Positions 15,301 to 22,400 of a stretch of DNA of 32,000 nt are shown in pieces. Positions within the stretch are counted from its first letter, which is position 1, and every line of letters begins with the position of its first letter. Source of the stretch: Dehalococcoidia bacterium (GTDB lineage Bacteria; Chloroflexota; Dehalococcoidia; SM23-28-2); assembly GCA_030615765.1 (NCBI GenBank), contig JAUWYP010000011.1, positions 21,867 to 53,866 of the forward strand, in the 5' to 3' direction. Made by a program: the position numbers and the translations under genes. The notes below the pieces were generated by a model. That model did no database searches. It was not told where the DNA came from and saw only the letters and a list, made by a program, of their open reading frames with translations.

Positions 15301-17548
15301 GAACGTGACGCGGACCCACACCGGCGTCTTCCTGCTCCAGGACGACTTCCGGCTGGCCCTGGAAAAGATGCCCGGCGACGGCGCCACGCCCGGGGGCAGG
15401 AGACCGCTGCTTGAGGTCTTCTCGCGAGCCCTGGGTCGCGAGAGTCACGTCCTTCATCGGCGGCCCGATCTCCTCTGGCAGCAGCTGTACAACCGTCTCC
15501 AGTGGTCGGAGGGTGGCCCCGAGCGGCTCGCGGCAGAGCTTCAACGCCGAACAAGGCCGGGCTCAGCGCCCTGGATGCGGGTCCGAACGCCTTCCCGGGA
15601 ATCGGAGGCGCTCATCCGAACGCTCGAGGGTCACTCTGGTCCGGTCAGAAGTTGCGTGCTGAGTCGTGACGGCTCCGTGGTCGTCTCAGCGGGCGACGAC
15701 TACACCGTCCGACTCTGGGATGCGACGACCGGCGCTGAGCGGGCCTGCCTCGTTGGCCATGACGATTGGGTCACCGGCTGCGCCATCAGCCGGGACGGCA
15801 GCTTCGTCGTATCGGCCAGCTCCGACCTCACCTTGAGGGTTTGGGATGCGGTCAGGGGGGTGGAGCGAGCGGTTCTCGGAGGCCACACGGCCGCGGTCAC
15901 AGCCTGCGCCATCAGCCCCGACGGCTCCTTCATCGTCTCGGGAAGTCGCGACGGGACGCTCAAGCTCTGGGACGTGGCCACCGGGAAGGAGCTTCGCACC
16001 CTTGAAGGCCATACGTCCGGTGTCAGGAGCTGCGCCATCAGCCCGGACGGCGCCTTCATCGTCTCGGCAAGCGAGGACGGGAGCCTCAGAATCTGGGACG
16101 CGGCTGGCGGGCGGGTACTCTGCACTCTCAAGGGTCACACCGACGCGGTCTTGGGCTGCGCGGTCAGCCCTGATGAGGCCTTCATCGTCTCGGCAAGTCG
16201 CGACGGGACGCTGAAGCTCTGGGACCCGTCGAGCGGGAGGGAGCTTCGCAGTCTCGAAGGCCACGGCGAGCCGGTTCGGGGCTGTGCCATCAGCGGTGAG
16301 GGCTCGTTCATCGTGTCGGCAGGCGACGACAGGGTGCTGAGGATCTGGGATTCGGCTACTGGCATCCAGCGAGCGACCCTCGTTGGCCACGCCGATCTTG
16401 TGACCGCATGCGCGGTGAGTTCTGATGGCTCGTTCGTCGTTTCCGCGAGTGACGACGGCACGCTCAAGGTCTGGGATATGACTCTCCTCCAAGAGCCCGC
16501 TGCCATCGAAGGCCACGACGGCGCAATCTCCGGCTGCGCCATCAGCGCTGACGGCGCGCTGGTAGCTTCGGCAAGTCAGGACGGGACCATCAAGGTCTGG
16601 GATTTGGCCACCGGGGTGGAGCGCGCAACTCTCGGCGGCCACATGGGCGGTGTTTTCAGTTGTACTTTCAGCCCGGACGGCTCCGCTCTTGTCTCGGCAA
16701 GTGACGATGGGACTCTCAAGGTCTATGATCCAGAGACCGGGGAGGAGCGGGCCACCCTGCGTGGCCACAGGGGCGGCGTCTTCGGCTGTGCAGTCAGCCC
16801 AGACGGTGCGTTCGTAGTCTCAGCCGGCGAAGACCGGACGCTCAAGCTCTGGGACATCGGCACCGGAATGGAGCGGGCAACGCTGGAGGGACATGTCTCG
16901 TCCGTCAATCGTTGTGCGGTCAGCCCGGACGGGTCGTTCGTCGTCTCGGCCAGCGATGACGAGACAGTCCGGATCTGGGATGCGGTAACCGGTCAGCAGC
17001 GCGCTCGGCTCGTCGGTCACGGCTCGTCGGTCTGGGGCTGCGCCGTGAGCCCTGATGCCGCGTTCGTCGTTTCAGCGAGTTGGGATGGGACCGTCAGGAT
17101 CTGGGACGTGAAGAGCGGCGAACAGCGGACTGTCCTGAACGGCCACACCGACCAGGTGTGGGACTGCTCGGTTACTCCCGACGGTGGGTTCATAGTCTCG
17201 GCGAGCCGGGACAAGACTCTGAGGGTCTGGGATACGTTCGGCCGAGAGTGCGCCTCGTTGCCGCTGCCCGGCGGAGCGCTGTCCGTGGCCCTACATCCCC
17301 ACCTGCCGTTCGCAGCCTGTGGCGACGAGAGCGGGAGCTTCTACCTCGTCGATCTTGTCGGCATCGAGTACGGGCCTATCATCGTCACAACGAGTCATGG
17401 AGGGACGGGACCGACCCTGCGCTGCCCCGCGTGTCACGGGATCTTCCCTCTCGAGCAGAGCTGGCTCGGAGCCGAGATGACGTGTCCAAACCGCGAGTGC
17501 GGCACTCCGCTCCGGGTCAACCCGTTCATCGCCGGCCTACAGCGATGA
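12266..17548 (+). CDS. NLR-like STAND protein: N-terminal wHTH-like region - TIR - DUF4062 - NACHT NTPase - helical module - 14 WD40 blades - C-terminal Zn-ribbon
   Basis: TIR: DADVVISYSHKDFDLAREIVRQLENASVKLWWDK...LCSINSMQSEDVRTELELA (aa ~97-190; conserved Glu169 at nt 12770-12772). DUF4062: RRFRIFVSSTYGDMKEERNALQRFVFPRL...NFIVLLGDRYGWRPLP (aa ~276-366). Walker A GESGSGKS at 14102-14125; Walker B LILFLDALDQ at 14360-14389. WD40: 13 canonical units GH..V..CA.SPDGSF.VSAS.D.TL.[VIL]WD plus 1 degenerate (15623-17365). C-terminus: LRCPACHGIFPLEQSWLGAEMTCPNRECGTPLRV. The start is GTG 12266 or TTG 12290, the latter with GGGAGGAG 6 nt upstream. Confidence 0.9.
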   Translation: MFPREENTLEFEEATSLVLRLLEEKGKAKNSEMMKLCGNDRELFDRVREDLIFNDLAEDKKGVGLVYVRPPSEVPPLEVPVAEDVQEVVASEPNIPDADVVISYSHKDFDLAREIVRQLENASVKLWWDKTGIRAGRWREKIVRAIRSSKTLTVLCSINSMQSEDVRTELELADYYRRNRLPLGLDETDYPESIIYCLVSWHKHRVPIMDRSVTEWLPEVLDALVALGVACDRPALPPPAVAPAPTAAKAVKPSWPERRAVPVTAPPVGRPGAGRRFRIFVSSTYGDMKEERNALQRFVFPRLRELCSVHGCRFEAVDLRWGVSQEAGLDQQAMPIALQEIDPCRRTTSRPNFIVLLGDRYGWRPLPSEIPAHEFEEICRRISADKQQRLKDWYFRDDNAVPPDYCLKPREMGGEYEDFAIWEAVERDLRSILLAAVKGMPLEAHDRMKYEASATEQEIAQGALRVPDAREHVYCFFRTIKDLPRDLSGRDFVDLDSEGNPDIDARRRLEELKHKLRGLLPDNIYDYEARWNDGGITTDHIDKLCEDVFDALSRIIEQEIERLEQVDPLDKEIADHDDFGQDRAKFFTGRADMLRKIGDYVKSGDSQPLAVWGESGSGKSALMARAAQQVREDLPNAEVVLRFLDATPESSDGRALLDSLCRQISRAYGADEATVPTDYREVVDDFPKRLALATEEKPLILFLDALDQLSDAEGARSLIWLPADLPEHVRLIVSTLPGECLSALESKLSDTSLVELKPMPPDEGRKLLDLWLEDAGRTLPQHQRDEVLSKFGAEGRPLYLKLAFEEARRWKSYTDPSDTVLAEGIRGIIRENLFARLSSPANHGKMIVSRSLGYLVAAKNGLSEDELLDVLSSDADVLSDFKRRSPISPEVERLPVVLWSRLYFDLEPYLTERSADGASLMTFYHRQLGEVVAEDYLAGDAKPGRHRALADYFDKQGLEIEGAPNLRKMSELPFQQTHGEMWEELFATLTNFPFLERKAADLGVLERTDAEGNVTRTHTGVFLLQDDFRLALEKMPGDGATPGGRRPLLEVFSRALGRESHVLHRRPDLLWQQLYNRLQWSEGGPERLAAELQRRTRPGSAPWMRVRTPSRESEALIRTLEGHSGPVRSCVLSRDGSVVVSAGDDYTVRLWDATTGAERACLVGHDDWVTGCAISRDGSFVVSASSDLTLRVWDAVRGVERAVLGGHTAAVTACAISPDGSFIVSGSRDGTLKLWDVATGKELRTLEGHTSGVRSCAISPDGAFIVSASEDGSLRIWDAAGGRVLCTLKGHTDAVLGCAVSPDEAFIVSASRDGTLKLWDPSSGRELRSLEGHGEPVRGCAISGEGSFIVSAGDDRVLRIWDSATGIQRATLVGHADLVTACAVSSDGSFVVSASDDGTLKVWDMTLLQEPAAIEGHDGAISGCAISADGALVASASQDGTIKVWDLATGVERATLGGHMGGVFSCTFSPDGSALVSASDDGTLKVYDPETGEERATLRGHRGGVFGCAVSPDGAFVVSAGEDRTLKLWDIGTGMERATLEGHVSSVNRCAVSPDGSFVVSASDDETVRIWDAVTGQQRARLVGHGSSVWGCAVSPDAAFVVSASWDGTVRIWDVKSGEQRTVLNGHTDQVWDCSVTPDGGFIVSASRDKTLRVWDTFGRECASLPLPGGALSVALHPHLPFAACGDESGSFYLVDLVGIEYGPIIVTTSHGGTGPTLRCPACHGIFPLEQSWLGAEMTCPNRECGTPLRVNPFIAGLQR
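15623..17365 (+). repeat. Tandem 126-bp WD40 coding repeats (moderately diverged)
   Basis: 14 blades at 42-aa periodicity. The repeats produce the long antisense artefact ORF 15686..16768(-). Confidence 0.85.
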
Positions 17549-19404
17549 CCCCCAAAGGCGGAATAGACACGCACGAGAGCGAACGTTCGAGCGGGACGCC
17601 TCCCCGCGCTCGGAGCGAGACGTTCTGGCGGGACCGTGTACGGCCTCTCTGGGAGGCCGTCGAGTGGCCGCTAGTCGGCCTCCTTGCGCTGCTCGCGCTG
17701 GGATTGGGGATCGACGGCTTCCGGCAGCACCTCGAGGCGAGCGGGCAATCGCACTCAGCGTCGGATGTGCTCTACCGGACGTTGCAGCTCTTCGTTCTCG
17801 AGTCCGGATGGGACTCGAGAGGCGTCAACTGGGAACTCGGCGTGGCGCGACTCTTGGCGCCTGCGGTGGCCGCGTACGCAGCCGTGCGAGCGCTGGGGGC
17901 GATCTTTCGCGAGCAGCTCCACTTGCTTCGGGTTCGCTCTTGGGGGAACCACGTCGTGATCTGCGGGTTGGGGCGAAAGGGCGTGCTCTTAGCGGAGGCG
18001 TTCCGCGCCCGCAAGGAACGGGTGGCGGTGATCGAGAAGGATGAGGAGAACAGTGCGGTCCGCAGGTGCCGCGACCAGGGCATCCCAGTCGTGATCGGCG
18101 ACGCGACGGACCTGGCCGTCCTCCGCAAAGCAGGAGTCCAGAAGGCCAAGTGTCTGATCTCCGTCTGCGGCGAGGACGGCGTTAATGCCGACGTGGCCGC
18201 TCATGCCCAGGAGCTGGTGGCCGCGAAGCCTCGTCGAAGCGGCTTCCTCCGCTCGTTCGTCCACGTCGTCGACCTCGAGCTGTGCACTCTGCTCAGAGAC
18301 AGGGTGGCTGTGGCCGGGAAGCGACACTCCTTCCGGCTCGAGCTCTTCAACGTCTTTGAGAGCGGCGCCCGCGGCTGGTTGAACGAGCACCTGCCCTTCG
18401 AGTCGGCTGGCCGAGAGGACGGCCGGCCGCATCTCCTCGTCGTCGGCGCCGGGCAGATGGGAAAGAGCCTCATCGTCGGGGCGGCGAGAAGGTGGCTCAC
18501 CCTCCATGCTGGCGCCGGCCCGCGCCCGCGGATCACCATCGTCGATCGGGAGGCGGAGCGGAGGAAGGACTCGCTACTCCTGCGCCACCCGCAGCTCGAG
18601 CAGGTCTGCGAGCTGGTCCCCGTCCGGACGGACGTCACCTGGCCGGAGTTCGAGGAGGGGAGGTTCCTCTTCGACGCCGAGGGACGCTGCGACGTGACCA
18701 CGATCTACGTCTGTCTCGACGACGACGTGCGCGGCCTAGCCGCGGGGCTGGACTTGTTGCAGCGGGTGCGTGAACACGGGGTCACGATCGTCGTTCGCAC
18801 CGCCGAGAAGGCGGGACTCGCGGCCGCGCTTGGGAGCGAGCGTCCAGGCGGCGACGGCTTGGAGCTCCTGCACGCCTTTCCGCTGCTCGACCTAACCTGC
18901 ACCCCGGAGCAGCTTCTCGGTGAGACCCCCAGCGAGCGCCTCGCCCGCACCATCCACGAGGACTACGTGCAGCGCGAAAGGGAAAAAGGCGAGACGGTCG
19001 AGACCAACCCCTCGATAGTCGAGTGGGACGAACTCCCCGAGAGCCTCAGGGAGTCGAACCGGCGACAGGCCGACCACCTCGGTGCTAAACTCAAGGCCGT
19101 CGGTTGCGGTAGCGCACCGCTGACCGGTTCGGAAGCGGAACCGATCGCCTTCTCCCCGGAGGAGGTGGAGTTGCTTGCGGAGCTCGAGCACAAGCGCTGG
19201 ATGGCCGAGCGCCTGTTCGAGGGCTGGACGCACGCGCCAGGCCCGAAGAATCTCGAGCGGAAAACAAGCCCCGCTCTCGTCGCCTGGGAGGAGCTGCCCG
19301 AAACCGAGAAGGAGAAGGATCGAGCGACGGCGGGCCAGCTGCCGGCGTGCCTCGCCCGCGCCAGCTTCCAGGTTTACCGCCTTGAGGAAGGAGCCGTGCG
19401 ATGA
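17545..19404 (+). CDS. Membrane protein: 2 TM helices (ion-channel-like) - TrkA_N/RCK Rossmann x2 - RyR domain x2
   Basis: The start ATG 17545 overlaps the upstream stop (ATGA 17545-17548); the track's longer 17080 start lies inside the NLR gene. TM helices: WPLVGLLALLALGLGIDGF and WELGVARLLAPAVAAYAAVRALGAIF. TrkA_N: HVVICGLGRKGVLLAEAF...VAVIEKD and HLLVVGAGQMGKSLIVGAA. RyR: ERLARTIHEDYVQREREKGETVETNPSIVEWDELPESLRESNRRQADHL and VELLAELEHKRWMAERLFEGWTHAPGPKNLERKTSPALVAWEELPETEKEKDRA. Confidence 0.85.
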   Translation: MTPKGGIDTHESERSSGTPPRARSETFWRDRVRPLWEAVEWPLVGLLALLALGLGIDGFRQHLEASGQSHSASDVLYRTLQLFVLESGWDSRGVNWELGVARLLAPAVAAYAAVRALGAIFREQLHLLRVRSWGNHVVICGLGRKGVLLAEAFRARKERVAVIEKDEENSAVRRCRDQGIPVVIGDATDLAVLRKAGVQKAKCLISVCGEDGVNADVAAHAQELVAAKPRRSGFLRSFVHVVDLELCTLLRDRVAVAGKRHSFRLELFNVFESGARGWLNEHLPFESAGREDGRPHLLVVGAGQMGKSLIVGAARRWLTLHAGAGPRPRITIVDREAERRKDSLLLRHPQLEQVCELVPVRTDVTWPEFEEGRFLFDAEGRCDVTTIYVCLDDDVRGLAAGLDLLQRVREHGVTIVVRTAEKAGLAAALGSERPGGDGLELLHAFPLLDLTCTPEQLLGETPSERLARTIHEDYVQREREKGETVETNPSIVEWDELPESLRESNRRQADHLGAKLKAVGCGSAPLTGSEAEPIAFSPEEVELLAELEHKRWMAERLFEGWTHAPGPKNLERKTSPALVAWEELPETEKEKDRATAGQLPACLARASFQVYRLEEGAVR

Positions 19405-22400
19405 CCGACGAAACTAGAAAGACGCGCGATCGGAGAGCGAGGGTGAGGACGCCGCGCTCGCAGCGCCGCGTCGTCGTAACCGGAGACGTGACGATGGACT
19501 GGAACCTCGCCCGAACGCGTCGAGCCGAAGGGGCGGGCGCGGCGTGGAACGCGGAGGACACGACCGAGGGCTACCTGCAGCTGGGCGGGGCGGCGCTGCT
19601 GGCGGACCTCATCCAGACGGTCGTCGATCGGTTTCCGCCGGGCGCCGAGAAGTTCGAAGTCCGCCGGGCCGGCCTGCCCGGTGGGTTCTCGCTGGAGGCT
19701 CCGGAGTTCCACCATTCCTTCGCGCTCTGGTCGGCCTACGAGTCAGCCGACACTCCCCGGGTCTGGCGAGTCAAGGAGTTCCTGGGGCTGGACCGCCCGA
19801 GCGCAGAAGCGCAGCCCGCACCCAAAGGGGAGCAGGTGGTCGATGACCCGGTCGAGGCGGACTTGGTGATCCTGGACGACGCGGCGCTTGGCTTCCGAGA
19901 CGATCGCGGGCTGTGGCCAAAGGTGATCAGGGAACCCGCTGGACTGCAACCGTGGGTCTTGCTGAAGATGGCGCGGCCCATCGCCCAGGGAGACCTGTGG
20001 GAGCACCTGCGGCAGCACTTCGCGGAGCGACTGATCGTCATCATGACGATCAACGACCTGCGCCTCTCCGAGGTACAGATCAGCCGCGAGCTCTCGTGGG
20101 AGCGAACGGGGGAGGATCTCGCCCGCGAGCTGGTGAGCAATCCGCGGGTGAACGCCCTCTCTCAATGCGCCCACGTGGTGGTGTCGCTGAACACCGACGG
20201 GGCGTTCTTGCTCTCCCGCCGGGATGAGCCAGATAGGCGGTCCCCGGGGGAGACGCGGCCCGAGTGCCACCTCTTCTTCGACCCCAAGACAATCGAGGGC
20301 GTATGGGCGCAGCAGTACCCCGGCGGGATGGTTGGCTACACCACCTGCCTGACTGCCGGTATCGCCCGCGAGCTCATGCTCATGCCTGCCGACCCCGATG
20401 TCCGCCGGGGCATCCAGCGGGGGCTCGCGGCGATGCGGACGCTCCACCTGGTCGGATATGGCTCACGGGAGCCCGACGCCCGGGCCGACCTAAAGTTCCC
20501 CTACGAGGACGTGGCCGATGAGCTGGCGCGAGAAAGGGAGCAATTCGCCGTCGCTGAGGTGCCTGCGCCACACGGCGGCTCGTGGAGGATTCTGGAGGCT
20601 CGTTACCCGGAGGGCCTCGAGCGGGTCGCCCGGCAGATCGCGCGCGAGGGGGCGGAGGTCGCGCTCGAGGGCGTGCCGCTCGGCCGCTTCGGCGATCTGT
20701 TGACGGTCGATCGCGCAGAGATCGAGGACTTCCGGAGCATCCGGTCCCTGATCCACGAGTACAGCCGCGGGCGGCCGACTCGTCCGCTCTCGATCGCGGT
20801 CTTCGGGCCGCCGGGCTCGGGGAAGTCGTTCGGGATCGTCCAGGTGGTCGAGTCTCTGCCCGGAGAATTCGAGCGGCTCGACTTCAACCTCTCTCAGCTC
20901 AACGAGCCGGCCGAGCTGCACGGCGCCTTCCACCAAGTGCGCGACGTTGCCCTGGCTGGCTGCATCCCGCTCGTCTTCTGGGACGAGTTCGACACGACCC
21001 TGGGCGGCACGCAGCTCGGCTGGCTGCGCTACTTCCTAGTGCCAATGCAGGACGGCACCTTCCAGGAAGGGGAGCTAATGCATCCCATCGGCCCTGCCGT
21101 CTTCGTCTTCGCCGGAGGCACGAGCCACCGGATGGCTGCGTTCGAGACGATGGCGATGAAGGACACGGGGGCGAAGGCGACCGACTTCCTGAGCCGGCTC
21201 AAGGGCTACGTCGACATCCTAGGGCCGAACCCCCGCGACGGGGACGCAGCCACTGATCCCTACTACCTGATCCGCCGGGCGATCTTGCTGCGCTCTGTGC
21301 TTCTGCGCGACCAGCCAGATTTGTTCGAGCTGCGGGATGGCAACAAGTTGCTGCGGATCGATTCCGGTGTGCTGCGCGCGTTCCTCGAGACGCGCGAGTA
21401 CCGACACGGAGCGCGTTCGATTAAGGCGATCGTGGCGATGAGCCTCCTCCACGGCAAGACGCACTTCGAGCGCTCCGCCTTGCCCGCGGCGGGGCAGCTC
21501 GACGTTCACGTCCAGGCAGACGACTTCCTCGCGCTGGCACAGCGACACGAGCCGGAGGAGGAGGCGCTCGAGGCGCTCGCAGAGGCCGCGCACGTCGTCT
21601 ATTGCGCGGGGAGGCTCGAGGAGGGTCACAGGTGGCGCGAGCGGGACGTCGCGTATCTCGAGCGCCACAGCCTTCTCAAGCCGTTTGCCGCTTCGGCGTA
21701 CGACGGCACGGAGATGCTACCCGCCCTCGTCTCCTGGGAGAACCTGAGCGGCGAGGACAGGGAGCAGAACCGCGGCCAGGTGCGCCACATCCCGAGCCGT
21801 CTCGAGGCCCTCGGTTACGTCATGCGGAAGGCGCGCGGCGGCGTCGACCCCACTGCTTTCGTCCTCTCTAGGCGCATGCTTGAGCTCCTCGCCGAACAGG
21901 AGCACGAGCGCTGGCTCTGGGCAAGGCTGCGAGCGGGCTGGCGCTACGGCGCGATCAGGAACAACCGCCGGAAGCTCCATCCGGCGCTGCTGCCCTGGCG
22001 TCCGCTCTCGCTGGAGGAGCGCGAGCAGAGCTATGGGGTCTGCGAAGACCGCCTGGGGCCGGGCGAGCTTGTTGAAGGCGACAAGGAGAAGGACCGCGAG
22101 GCCGTGCGCGAGATGACACAGATCGTCGCCGCGGCAGGGTGCGAGATCGTGAAGGTGCGTGAGCCGGCCGTGATCGTCGGGGTAACGGGCCACCGCATCC
22201 TGGCTGAGGTCGAGAAGATCAAGAAGGGAATAGGGGAGGCGCTCGATCGGGTCGAGCGGTCGTTCCCTGGGAAGCCCCTCACGGTGATGTCCGCCCTGGC
22301 CGAGGGTGCCGACTGCCTCGTGGTGAAGCGGGTACTCGCGCGCTCGACCGGAGGCCTCGTCGCCGTTCTGCCGCTGGCCGCAGCCGACTACGAGACCGAC

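Noticed and set aside
15686-16768. 360-aa minus-strand ORF and several 60-140 aa ORFs across 15.7-17.2 kb
   Set aside because: Antisense or alternative frames of the WD40 region of the 1760-aa NLR. The composition is Arg/Ala/Pro-rich, typical of off-frame high-GC translation.
17080-17544. N-terminal extension of the 774-aa ORF (start at 17080)
   Set aside because: It lies wholly inside the NLR gene in another frame and is Arg/Pro-rich. ATG 17545 in the ATGA overlap is the natural coupled start.
19736-21668. Multiple 100-230 aa ORFs in other frames inside the 1109-aa gene (e.g. 19743..20447(-), 20582..21256(+), 21219..21668(-))
   Set aside because: Off-frame products of a high-GC gene. The 1109-aa frame carries Walker A/B, RyR and SLOG motifs.
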